Below are positions 25,882-39,387 of a DNA stretch of 64,000 nt, piece after piece. The stretch is from Schmidtea polychroa. Lineage: Eukaryota. The notes below the pieces were generated by a model. That model did not search any database. It saw only the letters and a program-made list of their open reading frames with translations, and was not told the DNA's origin. The first letter of the stretch is position 1. Each line of letters starts with the position of its first letter. The DNA lies in contig CM097885.1 in NCBI GenBank assembly GCA_044892525.1, forward strand, positions 30,692,001 through 30,756,000, written 5' to 3'. The translations under genes and the position numbers were made by a program.

Positions 25882-28800
25882 TCAGTTATGGTTGAAAGCC
25901 AACCTATGAATCATTAATTTATGATCTTTAAATTCTTTATCACTTAGACCTTTTATATATTCAGGATCAGTATTAAAATATTTAAGTTCTAAACATATAG
26001 GATTAAAAACTTGAGAATATAAAGGTTTCTCGATTTGTCTCTCGGGATAAATAATTTCAACATTATAAATATCAAGATCAGTAATCTTTGTATCATATAA
26101 CTTATTCAAACTAGCAAGATTTTTTATTATCGGTATTAAATTATTTCCTATAGGAAGAGTTGTCTTTAAATCACTTAGTATGAATCTTTTATCATCATAA
26201 TTTGATAATGATACTTTTTGGGATTCTATCAAGTAAATATCATGGTTTTCACTTTTAAGTTGATGTATTTCATCAATTTTATCTTTATGACCTGGGTTTA
26301 ATGTATCTATATAATCTTGATGAGAAAGATTCTTTGCAACTGATCTCTGTATTCCTTTACATCTGTTATCCTTTACAGGTTTTTCCTCTTGTCCCTCAGG
26401 TCCTTTAGGGAATATAGGATATTTATATGAAATAATTTCCTCTTTTTCTGGGGTTTAAATATAATTTCTCGAGTTTCAAATTTAGGATTTGTAAATGTTT
26501 CGTATGAATATTGTTTAGCACGAATAAATATTCCATTTTCTATAGGAGTAAAAGGTTTTTCATCTTTAAATGAAAATAGTTCTCCAGATGAATTTATTAA
26601 ATTTGAAAGTATAGGATTTTCAGTCATATCTCTTTGTAAATCATGAGTTCTTATTGTTAAAAACATTGAATCTGTATCCATTGCATGCATTGATATATTA
26701 GAACCATATATAGGTTGTAAGATGTTATAATATGTTTCATACATTTGTAATTTTGAAAGTTCTAAAATTGTAAACCCTATAAATATTGGTTTATTGTATG
26801 TTTTCTCAAAATTCTTTAGTTCTATTGCAGTAAGATTTTCAGAAAATACTTGTGCGTTTTTAAATGTAGGCTTTCCTAGCATACGATTATAACGCTTAAT
26901 GTCTTTGGTAGTATTTGTTAGGAGTTCAATATGAATATATTTATCAACATTCTCCATTGTCTTCCCAAAGACTGAATTATTTAAAAGTTTATAATTATTG
27001 TCTTTAAAAAGGTTACCTTCTCTTTTTGCAATGTTTCGACACCTAATGTTCTCCTCGATAAAAGCCTTCATGAATGGTCTCTGTTTAAATCTTATGACAC
27101 TATGAACTTTTTTTAATATCATACCTCGTGAAAGATAAAACTGTAAAAGTCTATAGTGACAAAGATAAAACCTTCGATCTTTTTGATCACAAAGAAGTTT
27201 CATTGTTGGAGGTTTATCTTGTGAGATTTGCCATTCAGAAAGTTCGTTGATATCAATCTTTCTTCTTACAGGAGCTAAAGGGAAATATCTTGTTCCTGAT
27301 TTTATATCATCTGGATATAATAAGTCACATTCTACAAAGTAACCTATTGGAGAATCTTTAGGAGTTGAAAGTATTTCTTTCATAAGGTCTTTTAAGGATT
27401 CTTCTGAGGAATCTTCAGAGTATATTTCATGAAAGTCACTCATTGGTAAATATTGAGTCATAATTCCTGAATATAAAGCTGTTGCATCTATATAAAGTAT
27501 AAATATAGGATTTTTCATTGTTTCTAATAATTCTTTTAATTCCTCATTGTTAATTTTCATATATGGATCATCAGGGTGTTTAGAGAGTCTTCGGCTAGTA
27601 GTTATTGCATTTCTAGCTTTTATTTCTCTATTCCCCATTACTGAAGAGACTCCTCCTCTAATGTTTGTTTTAATTTGGTTAAACATATCGAGGTTAGTTA
27701 AAAGATCTATAATTTTATCACCTTCTTCTATATTTGAAGTCCAAATGGTATATAATAAAGTATCCCAAGCTAAAGAGGGTGCTGTTATATAATTGTAAGG
27801 TTTAAGAACAAAAGATTTTGTAAATTCTTCAAAGCAATCTGCTAGAATATAAACATCCAAGGATAAATACATACTTGTATATTCTCCTAAAGTTTTACAC
27901 TTGAATAATTCCCACATTTTATTTGCTCGAGAATATTCTTGATCTGTAATATGATATTTTTGAAGTTGTGAAGAGAAATCTTCTTGGCTAGGAAGACTTG
28001 TTTCATTATATTTTTCAAACGAGTCAACATAGTCATAAGGATATATTCCTTTTGCTAAGCATGTAGGATATTCTTCTGGAGGAATATTATTTTTTTCCAA
28101 GAATTCTCGAGTGATTTTAAAATTTTCTGGTTTCATTGTTTTTGCTACTGCATCTAGAGACATTTGGAGAAAGTTTAACGAGTCTATAAATTTTAATTTT
28201 CCATATTCAACTGATTTATATTTTTCCTTTGTAAGTCCTATAACTTTGAAAGAGTTTTTAGCATTTTCTGCTAAATGTTTAATAAATAGATGTATGTCAT
28301 AACCAAAACGATTATGAAATATAACAGGTACAAATTTAGGAGTATGGCAATTAAGATTGCAATTTTTATGAGCTGCTCCTCGATAATTATTTTCCTTTTT
28401 TAAATGATCATGATCGGGGACTTTTATGTTTGAAGATTGTCTTTCATGAAACATTCTTTGTTCTTCTTCTTCAATAGTTTCATTATTTGGAGGTTCCTCA
28501 TGGAGTTGATCCTCAAATGGTTGTTTACACATCCACCAATTTGAAGAATTTTCATATTCTTCCCATTGTTCGGTTGAAAGGTTTATTTCATATTTTGTTT
28601 TTAATACTTTAAATATTTCATGTTCTAGATCATTTATACTTTTAGTAAAATGATTTAAAACATCTTCTGAAGTTCCTTGAAATGTATATTCTCTAGATTC
28701 TATGAGTTCAGGATAATTACTTTTAAATAATAGTTTATAAGCAGAAGGTAATTGTTTAGTTTTTTTAACACTATTAGGTTTATTTCTTTTTCTTAGAAAG

Positions 28801-30332
28801 GCTTTCATCCTCTCTGGTTTCATCTTCTCTCCTGAGGAGTTCCATGAATCCATGAGTTTATTTTTTTCTATTATTTTTAAATATTGGTTAACCAAATCTT
28901 GTTTACGATTTATAGATTCAAAGTCTCCATAAACCACTCCTACTGTTTGTAGTAAATTTGAAAAGTTTTTAAAATTCATCTTGGGATCTGTAGGCATGTC
29001 AATTAAAGCTGGTTCATCTTTTTCACAAAATCTTGTATGTTTAATCATAGAGTTTTTAGTTGTTGAATAATGAAGACATCTTTTACATGTTCCTCCTCCA
29101 CTAGTTGGATTCTCTGGTGATGTAAAAGCTTGAAAGTTTTTTATTAAAACATAATGTTGATTATTTTTTTGTTCCAAGATTAAAAGATATATTTCTCTAG
29201 GGTTTTCGTTATCTTGTACTTCGTTATCCTTGGTTCCACTATCAGAAATGTAAATTGGAATAATTTCTCTACTTTTAATATTTTCCCCTTTAACCCGTTC
29301 ATAAATATTAATTTTAAGATTATTTAAACTTTTAAATTTTGGAATGTCTTCTAGTTTCATTGGATGTTTGAATTCTTTGGGAAATATTAATTCATTTTCA
29401 TATTGTTTGTATTTTGAAACTCTTTGAGGGTTTGATTCTTGAGGGTGTAAATGTGCAAGTATTGACCAGATGAAACATTTGTTATCATTATTCTGTACGT
29501 TTATAACATTTTTAGATGTAAAGGGTGTAGGAATATAAGATTTAGGATTAGGTGGTAATCCTCTCCAATAATCAATCACTAAAGTTTGGAAAGAGTTGAA
29601 TACTAAGTTTGAATCTCCTAATTCATTTTCTACTTCCTCTTGTTTTGCTTCTGCTGCTTTAATTATTTCTTTGATGGTTTTATCAAATCCTTTAGTTGAA
29701 AATAAATATTTAAAGGGTATTCCAATTTCAATATCTAAAGGAGTTGTCTTTTCTTCTGCTCCTCGCCAGTATTTTGCTTTGATTATAATTTTATATTTTA
29801 TAACATTATACCTTGTCAGTTTATAATTTTTTAAAGCTTCAGTGAAAGCATTTTTAATATTTTTTTTATTTTTATTTATATATTCTCCAGGAGTTGCAGG
29901 TCCATTAATTTTTAATTGAAATTCATCTATATGATAAAAATTATCCCAGTTATATTTTTCTCTTTCAACATGATCAGGTTCTCCTTCTGAATGACATTCC
30001 TCATCGTCAGAATTTTGTTTTTTATTTTTACATTCTTTTATATGTTCTAAATAATAGAAATTTAGTTTTGTTGAAAAGTTACAATGAGGACAATATATTT
30101 CTCTATTTTTCCCAATACAATTTTCAAAATGTTTATTATATCCAGAATGTAGAAATCTTCCTTTACATTTAGGACAAAGTTTTGAATTTGTATCATTAAG
30201 ATTATTTTCTTTTAATAAATGAGCTTTCGATTTTAAGTCAGAAATTAATCCAGTTTTATTTTTAAAAACTTTATTACAAATATTACAATTCATTTTTAGA
30301 AAAAATTTTTTTATTGGATACCCTGTTTTCAT
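25882..30332 (-). CDS. protein-primed DNA polymerase B of inner Polinton with N-terminal zinc fingers; one frameshift near 26375-26450
   Basis: YGDFES, YIDATALYS, KLLNNSVFGK and MDTDS motifs; C-terminal CKGI...DDKR lies in a second frame. Confidence 0.95.
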
Positions 30333-30401
30333 TTTATTTTTTAAATTTATATATTATTCATTTTCATAATGTGACAGTCTAATTTTTAGAATTTTATAAA
30401 T

Positions 30402-31389
30402 AAAAATCTGAAACCTAGATAGCGCAGTGGGCTAGACTGGCACAGTGGTTCAAATAGATAGCGGTTCAAATCCTAACTACGGTTAGTTTTTTTTCAACAT
30501 AAAATAATATTAAAAATTTGAAAATAATATTGAAAATGGTGTGGGTATCTTAGATGTATATTTTATTTTATTTATTTTTATTTTATTTTATATATTTTAT
30601 TTTTTTTTATTTATTTTATTTTTTAAACATAAATATGAAAAAAAAATTATTGAAACGGGTGTGGTGGCGAACCGGTAATTATCGCCACCAGTCTTTCGAA
30701 CACCCCCGGATCGATCCCATAATGTGCACATTTATTTCTTGGTTGTTTTCGGACCTCTTTCGGATTCGCTTTCGAATTCATTTGTACTTTCGAGCAGCAC
30801 GCTTAAAACGCCGATGAAATCGTATTCGAGCGAGAAGCGAATAATAAGGCGTGCTGCTATTATCGAATTGATTCTGATGTATGAGTCTGGCCAGCTTGTA
30901 TATTGGAAGAGATTCGATAAACGAAAGAGGTTGAATAAAAAAATGATCCGGATCAAAAAAACTGTTGAGAGGACAGTGAAAAAAAAAATAAAAATACCAC
31001 TGTCCTCTCAGAGCAGTTTTACTATTTCATAAAATTTTTTATTCTTCAAGACATCAAGATTAAGATTTATAAAATTATAAATTAGTCAAATAGCAACTTG
31101 CTAGTTGACATCCTCAAGTAGTGTGTTTATATCCCTAACCAAAATAGCCCTCTAACTTTTTCATAATACCATTTTCTTTTCTATTCTCTTTATGTTTTTA
31201 GTTTGAAGCTTTTGAGTTTGAGGCTTTAAAGATTAAAACAGTTAGAGCCATTAAGGGTGGTTGTTTTCAAAATATAGGGTTAAAATACTATAAAAGTATA
31301 AGTTTTAGGTTGTTTTCTAATGGTTTAAGCGTAATGGAGGTATGTTTTGTTGGGAGGGCTGTTTTGGTTAGGGATATAAACACACTACT
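30402..31389 (-). repeat. right TIR of inner Polinton
   Basis: Inverse of 16941-17928. Confidence 0.95.
30413..30494 (+). ncRNA. tRNA-like putative Pol III RNA gene (right TIR copy)
   Basis: A box TAGCGCAGTGGG 30420-30431, B box GGTTCAAATCC 30463-30473, T8 terminator 30487-30494; ACCTAG/CTAcGGT acceptor-like stem. Confidence 0.55.
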
Positions 31390-31457
31390 TACTTAAATAA
31401 ATCCAGAGTATAAAAAACAACTTACTCCATGACAACGTTTTGTGTTTCAATATACAT

Positions 31458-32678
31458 TTATACCAACACAGTTCTATTTGCAGTAATTTGAACTTCATTT
31501 TCAAATACTCAATATATTATAACATGTACTGGTTCAGTAATAGCTTTTGCAAACTTTATATCCAGTCGTAAATTTCCATTTTGAGGTAATTGACTTTGAT
31601 TTCAATCAAAATCAGGGGCTAAAACAAATTTAAAAAATGGGTATTTGCTTTTAAAATCTTTTAGAGTTATTCCGCAATTCAAATTTTTATCTAAATAACC
31701 CAGATTTCTAACAATACTCTGCATATATGTCGCACAGTAATTGTCATTCTCGAAATCTTGAATATATGTTTCTCTATAATCAGTATTTTTCGACAAAGTC
31801 AATGATGTAACAACAAAGGTTTTGAAAATTGAGCTGGACGCAGTATATGATCCATTATATTGTGTTTCACTTTGAAATGTTATCAGAATAAAATTAGGCA
31901 TTCTTCTGTCACCAAATATTTGTTCTTTATAGAATGATGAAGCACCTTTAGCAATAGCAAATTGTACAATTTCCTTTGTTTTTAATGGATAAATTGCATG
32001 TTTTGAATTAAGACCCAATTGATGACCTGCTAATACTGAGGGGTCTACTCGTACTCTTCTCACCAATAAATTTGCATCAACTAATTGACATATTGGTGCA
32101 CCAGTTGCACTAGTAAGAGATAATGCAGAATCAGACCTTTTCAGTCTAATATGTACATTAACTCCCGGTAGTAAATATTTCGGTTGATCCATAAAATCAA
32201 GTTGTAATGATGAGCACATGGTGAAAACCTTTGAGCCTTTTGCCCACTTTTTTATTTCATCATCACTGCCATAACCCATAGGAGTAAGACATGTATTTTT
32301 AGTATCAGAATTGTAATTTAAAATAGTTTCTATTAATGCCTTGTGAATGAATGTATTATTTCCGCCCTCAATCTTGATATTATTAAATCCCAACACTGCA
32401 TCTTTAAAAAGAGTATGAAACAGGAAATTGTTCGGTATTACATCTGCATTGGCATCCAAAACTTTTCTATCTTTATCTACAACCTTAATCTGAACAGTCA
32501 ATAAAGTATCGTTCAAATCTAAATATTCGGTTTGCGAACCATTAATATAAAACTCGATATCATTTCTACTATCGGTAATTGAATTCATAGGAAAAACTTC
32601 CTCAAATGCCCCAAATTCTATTACAGCCTGGGGCGACGGTCTATCAAATATACATAATTCAGATTTACCACAAATCAT
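31458..32678 (-). pseudogene. major capsid protein of outer Polinton, two in-frame TGA stops near the C-terminus
   Basis: KSELCIF, IEFYING..EYLDLNDTLL, QPKYLLPGV; the frame continues past the stops to GNLRLDIKFA...ENEVQITANRTVLV. Confidence 0.9.
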
Positions 32679-33043
32679 TTTGCAAATATAGTTCCATGTC
32701 CTTTCATTCGTTTGTTTATACGTGATATTCCATGTCTTTTACGTTTTGGAGCATGAGCTGGAGCTGGAGGTTTTTCTTTTTGAAACATACCTGCAACCCC
32801 GGGTAAAACTTTCCCTAATTCTGCTAAAGCATTTGTTTTTAGAGATGGTAATATTTTCTGTTCATTCATAATAACATCTTTTGCAGTTTTCATACCAAAA
32901 CTACCAATACGTTTAAGAATAGGCAGGGCAAATCTACCAATTGTTCTCAACCATCCTGATCCGTACTGTTTACCAATAAAATATGGTAATTCACCACCAG
33001 ATTGGCTACCACTATACATACTAATAATATCAGAATTAGCCAT
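32675..33043 (-). CDS. basic core protein precursor-like
   Basis: QSGG, QYGSG|WLRTIGRFALPILK amphipathic helix, basic tail; lies between penton and MCP. Confidence 0.7.
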   Translation of the reverse strand: MANSDIISMYSGSQSGGELPYFIGKQYGSGWLRTIGRFALPILKRIGSFGMKTAKDVIMNEQKILPSLKTNALAELGKVLPGVAGMFQKEKPPAPAHAPKRKRHGISRINKRMKGHGTIFAK

Positions 33044-34048
33044 TTATTTTACGAAAATGTAATGTCAAATGAGTTTTTGAACCTTTTGGAAATTCGATTA
33101 ATTGACCAGAATCATCTCTTATATTTATTTCTATATTGTTTATACAAGATGTTGAAACAGGTAAATACATGGGATTTTCTACATTGATTTGTACAACTTC
33201 ATCTTGATCATGTTTTTCAATCCATATAGATTTCATTAAAGGAACACTAGAATCGCCAAAAATAACTGGTTCCACGATATTACTGTAAATGAACTTTTGC
33301 TGATGATGTTTAAGGATTTTCGGTTTGTTTGTTCCTTCACAAATTTGTTCATTTTGTGTACATATTGGTTTAGTCAATCCTAATGTTTTTGTCAAATTTG
33401 AGTCAAATTTAACTTGACTAAGATTAGAATTTATACTAAATCTAAATACTTTATCTTTTTGAAGCTCGAAAACTGTTAAAATCTCACTACAATTGTCAGC
33501 TAAAAAGGTTTGTAATTGTTCGAGGTCTGTAATATATAAATTATCTTTAAAAGTATATGCATGCTCAGTTATTTCAATGTATGATAGCTTAAATTTGAAT
33601 TCCACTAAATTATTAGTTTTTGGAAGTGTAGAGAGATTTATTTTGACTGTATCATTAAATACATTACGTAAATCAGTAAATCCAAGACGTTTAGCATCAG
33701 CCATTGTAGAAAATAAAATTTCGAATGGCTTATTCAAGCAATTCATGTATAAATATTGACCATCATCATAAATTATAGGTTTCCTTGATTTCGATGAACT
33801 CGTCAAGTTATAACTATCTTTATCAATAAGAACATTAATATATTCCGTTACTGCTACTTTCTTATTATATTCAATAACAGATTTGCTATAGATTGGGAAT
33901 AAATTGTATACAAATGTAAAATCCAACAGAGCAACTTCCCAGTCATTATCCAAATAGATAGGGTTTTGGAGTTCGATGATGAATTTGCTTGCTTGATTGT
34001 CTGGATGAATTAATGGACAACTATTGCTCGGCAAAATAGTATAAAAAT

Positions 34049-35215
<1,167 letters not shown>

Positions 35216-35276
35216 TACAACAAGAAGATTTAAAATTAAATTTAATGTCGGGCAATGAAGGATTAGCACCCATTGT

Positions 35277-35810
35277 TTATGATTGATTTCCTACAACTCC
35301 ACCTAATAATGATAATGCCAGAGGTATCAATGCACCAATAAATCCACCTTGTTGTTTATATATAATTTTCCTCATTTGCTTACGATTTTTATTATTTACT
35401 AAAGATAACAATGGTTTCCTATGTTTGCTCAATAAATGCTTTTTTGATTTACTGATTTTAATTTTGCCTTTGACTACTTTAAGTATAATATTGAGTAAAT
35501 CATCGACAACAAAATTTGGGAATTATTGCAATATATTCATTCTTTTCATACTCGGGGCCTTTAACAATGCATTAAAAAATGGAAAACTGCGATGATTTTT
35601 AACTACTTTTTTACTGGTTTTACGGGTTTTACGGGTTTTACGTTTAGGTTTAGGATTTTTAGAAATAAGATTCATTGCAGAGAAATTTTCAGTTACAAGT
35701 TTTTTAGACGGTGTATAACTAGTTGTTGGTGGAACTTTTGGAACTTTAATACTCTTTCTAATACTTTTTCTTAATTTCCTAATATTTTTCACCCTTGCTT
35801 TTAGAAACAT
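35277..35810 (-). pseudogene. basic core/pX-like protein with one premature stop (35523)
   Basis: Lys/Arg-rich N-terminus; the frame continues past TAA to KQQGG|FIGALIPLALSLLGG. Confidence 0.65.
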
Positions 35811-35832
35811 TATTCATTATTCATAGAGGTTT

Positions 35833-36460
35833 TCAACTTTGTTTATAAACCATGGCACCTTTTGGGTTGAAAATATCTGTTTTTACTCGTAAATCATCGG
35901 GACATTGTTGTGTAAAATCAAGAAATATATATCCATGAGGTATTTTTGTAGCATCTTGAAATGCACTGATAAGAAAATTACGATTGTTAGGGTATGCTTG
36001 GCGTGCAAGAAAATCAATCACTGTTGCATCTCTAGGATTCTTGAAAATAACTAAATATTGTACATTTAAATTACGTGTTCGATGTGCCCCACCTTGATGA
36101 AATAGATTTTGTGTTATGAAAATAACTGTTACACCGACATGTCTGCTGATCTTTGTAAATAAATTATTAAAATCTTTTTTCTTTATTAGCTTCTTGATAC
36201 AAATCATCGATAATAATGACATCACCTTTCTTTAATCGGCTGGAACAGTTTTTATCAAATCCCTTTACTATTTTCATGTTTTTTAATTTACAGAAACTTG
36301 ATTGAGTTAATCCATGTTCTTCATCAGCACCCCTATGCCAATAAATCCTGTTGAATTTTGATTTGAATAAATTTGATTTTAGTAATTTACAAACAAATAA
36401 TGTTTTTCCACTACCACTCGGACCAACGATTTGGTATACTGCATCATTTCTTAATTCCAT
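35833..36460 (-). pseudogene. A32/FtsK-like packaging ATPase of outer Polinton, frameshifted near 36180
   Basis: GPSGSGKT, IIIDDL, SRH...ITQNLF and FKNPRD motifs across two frames. Confidence 0.92.
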
Positions 36461-36559
36461 TTCAAAAATTTTATAAATGTGTATTTGTTTATATTCGATG
36501 ATTTAATGAACTCGTGCTCAATTTATATATAAAGACTAATTTTCATAAATGATTTAATA

Positions 36560-36997
36560 ATGTTAGCAAATATAAATTATCGAGGAAATTTTGATGTATC
36601 AAATATGAGGTTCCCACCAGGGAAACCCCAGCAAATTATCGATAGAAGCGGGAAATATCCGATAATATTTTTCAAGACTGGTAAATGTCGAATCATGGGA
36701 TGTAAGAAATCTTTGGATATTAATAAATTACAATATCGAATAAATAATATTATAATCCAATCAATTACCGTTACTATGGATATGGGACATAGTATCAATC
36801 TATATAACATGTCGAAAAAATGTGATTGTATGTTTGAATCGGAATTGTTTCCGGCACTAAGACTATTAAAATATAACCCTATATGTGTCAACGTGTTTGC
36901 TAGTGGAAAGGTTGTCATGTTGGGGTTGAGAAATTTGGAGTATAGAGAATTTGTTGACAATGTTCGAAATGAGATAATTTCATTGGTCGATTTCTAA
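36560..36997 (+). CDS. TATA-binding-protein-like protein
   Basis: Two TBP-like repeats: IFFKTGKCRIMG and FESELFPALRL...VNVFASGKVVMLG. Confidence 0.8.
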   Translation: MLANINYRGNFDVSNMRFPPGKPQQIIDRSGKYPIIFFKTGKCRIMGCKKSLDINKLQYRINNIIIQSITVTMDMGHSINLYNMSKKCDCMFESELFPALRLLKYNPICVNVFASGKVVMLGLRNLEYREFVDNVRNEIISLVDF

Positions 36998-37068
36998 TTG
37001 GTTAATTTCTAATTGGTTATTGATTGATTTAAACAAACGGTTTTTTGTTTAGGATTCATTTATTTCAC

Positions 37069-37472
37069 TATGTACAAAATACCAAGCGCCGCGAATTTAA
37101 TAAAAGAAATAGATGATTATGGTAAATTTTTATTTTTTGTTTACAAATTTAAATATTATATTTTTCAGAAGAATATGCTGCAGTCATGCTAAAGAAGTTA
37201 GCATTCTATTATCCGGAAATCAATGCAGCAGTATACAACAAGCCTGCAGAATTAATCCCCGATTTGGTGTTCAATGCGACGGGGATAAGGATGTTGGAGA
37301 TTTTCATCAATTTATGTGGGAGGTGAAGATAAATCGATCAATTAAACATGTGGATCCAGAATATTTATGTTACAATAGCTGTTCCTGCTGCAAAGCTAGA
37401 TATCAGCGATATGTAGAATGGGTTTTGGTTAAAACTCTTCGGGATTTCCACCATATCAAGAACGCATTTTGA
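37069..37472 (+). CDS. small spliced hypothetical gene, structure uncertain
   Basis: ATG at 37069, GTAAAT...TTTCAG intron ~37122-37168, Cys-rich C-terminal frame. Confidence 0.35.
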
Positions 37473-37561
37473 ATGTTTTTAACAAATAAATGTTATTTAA
37501 TTTTCGTTATTTAGTTTTTGATATTTTATATATTTTGATAATAGTAATAATAATAGTAATA

Positions 37562-37622
<61 letters not shown>

Positions 37623-37885
37623 TAATAGTAAAAAACATTAATAATAGTAAAAACATTAATAATAATGAAACACATTAATAATAAATCTGTAAATAGAACA
37701 TGTAATAATTAAAACACATAAATAATAAATCTGTAAATAGAACATATAACAAAACATGTGACAATGCAACATCAATGCATTTTGAATGCAATTTAAACAA
37801 AGACATGCTATAATCTGATTGGTTGATAGGCATGAGTCAATGGTATAAAAAACCCTGTAACATTTTAATTTATTCATTATTCACG

Positions 37886-38296
37886 ATGACCAAGAAAATT
37901 TCAATCACCGAAAAACCTAAAGAAATGGTACAACCAGCTCAAATGTTCCACAACTACAAAATGTATTTTTTGAAAGAAGAAATCAATATGAAATTGGTTG
38001 CACCAGTCAAGCTAATTCCAACTAAATTTCAATTCTTATCCGGCACGCTTTCAATGATTGATGTCAAAACAATTGATGATGTTTTTAAACGGATAGATTC
38101 GAATCTATCGTGTAATCAACATGCGTGGTTCAACAATAGATATGCAAGATTTTATGATGCTTTTGATGAAATCAGTTTCAAAGAAAATGAAAATTGGTAT
38201 ATAACAATTGCAATCCAGGGATATAAAGTTGATAATAATGATGTATATTCTCCTATTTGGAAAATTATGTCTGCTAGACTTTCACAAATATTTTAA
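37886..38296 (+). CDS. hypothetical protein, possibly OB-fold ssDNA-binding
   Basis: 136-aa ORF after a CCAAT/TATA promoter; C-terminal ITIAIQGYKV...PIWKIMSARL beta-strand pattern. Confidence 0.55.
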   Translation: MTKKISITEKPKEMVQPAQMFHNYKMYFLKEEINMKLVAPVKLIPTKFQFLSGTLSMIDVKTIDDVFKRIDSNLSCNQHAWFNNRYARFYDAFDEISFKENENWYITIAIQGYKVDNNDVYSPIWKIMSARLSQIF

Positions 38297-38424
38297 TGTT
38301 ATATTTAATAAATGTATTAGTCAGATTTGTTTTTTTTTCTTTATTAATTGCAACATAAATGCAAATGACATGCAAATTTAACAAAGAAAATCTATAAACA
38401 AACTTATAATTTAGTTTTAAAGTG

Positions 38425-38795
38425 ATGAAAATGACTGCAGAAAAAGGTTAACATGATTAATTAATTACCGACTTATTTATTATTTAGAATTTTTAATCAA
38501 CTTTTTGTTGGAAAAGTTAGCAGAAATATCTGGTGTGAAAATTGAGGACATATTATCTGTTACAAATGCCTTAAATATCGGCTGGTTAGTTGAGAGTGAA
38601 GATACAGGATTTGATGATGAGGAAGAAACTGAAGAAATTGATGAGGAAATCTATGAACCTATAGATGAACCTATAGAGGAACCTATAGAGAAACCTAAAG
38701 ATGAATCTAAAGATAATATTACGAATGATTGTATTGATCATGTCGTTGAAAATATAATGAAATGTGGAGATGACGACTGCGAATGTGTTAATTAA
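38425..38795 (+). CDS. small acidic protein (exon 1 38425-38446, intron 38447-38487)
   Basis: Splice restores the frame MKMTAEK|EFLINFLLEKLAE...; D/E-rich with EPI repeats and a Cys-containing tail. Confidence 0.6.
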
Positions 38796-38872
38796 TAAAT
38801 CTTAGTTAATTAGTGTTTGTAAATTTATTTAAAATTTTATTTAAAAATCAAACAAAATAACTATATTAATTT

Positions 38873-39387
38873 TTATTTAAAAAATCGCGATAAAGCATAC
38901 AAAATAGCAACACCTGTTGCAAGTTTTATATAGTTTTTAAATTTTCTTTTCTGATCATCTATTTCCTTCGCATTTCTGGCGAGTTGATTCAGTACGCCCC
39001 ATCCGCCATTGGCTTCAATCCATGGTTGAAACTTTGACTTGATTATCTAGAAAATAAATATTAATAAAATATAGATTATAAAAGTATTACTTCTTGAGAC
39101 CACTGATAATAATGTTCAGAGTCCCATAGACTTCTTTCGATTATAATCTTCATATAAGCGAACCCTACTAGTATTCGGGTCCACTTCATCTCCTCGTCGC
39201 ATAGGCAGTTAAAAATCCTATGAAAATAAAATTTTTTCGTTTCGAGGCAATCGGAATTGAGCACATCCTCATAATCAATATGATTTCCTTCTATGATCTT
39301 TTCGGTCCGATCGACCAGGAAACTTAGACTTTCCATAATATTCTTGTTGACGAGTTCGCTTAAAAGATTTTCCATAAAATGAGACAT
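38873..39387 (-). CDS. Bcl-2 family protein (exon 1 39091-39387, intron 39047-39090, exon 2 38873-39046)
   Basis: BH1-like EMKWTRILVGFAY, BH2-like PWIEANGGW and C-terminal anchor IKLATGVAILYALSRFFK. Confidence 0.85.

Larger units (their letters stand above)
16941..31389. mobile_element. nested Polinton/Maverick (PLA2-encoding, beta-adintovirus-like), 14.4 kb
   Basis: Termini AGTAGTGTGTTTATATCCCTAACC and its inverse; perfect 6-bp TSD TACTTA at 16935-16940 and 31390-31395; full core gene set. Confidence 0.97.

Noticed and set aside
30413..30484. Functional canonical tRNA
   Set aside because: D, anticodon and T stems do not pair properly; kept only as a tRNA-like Pol III unit
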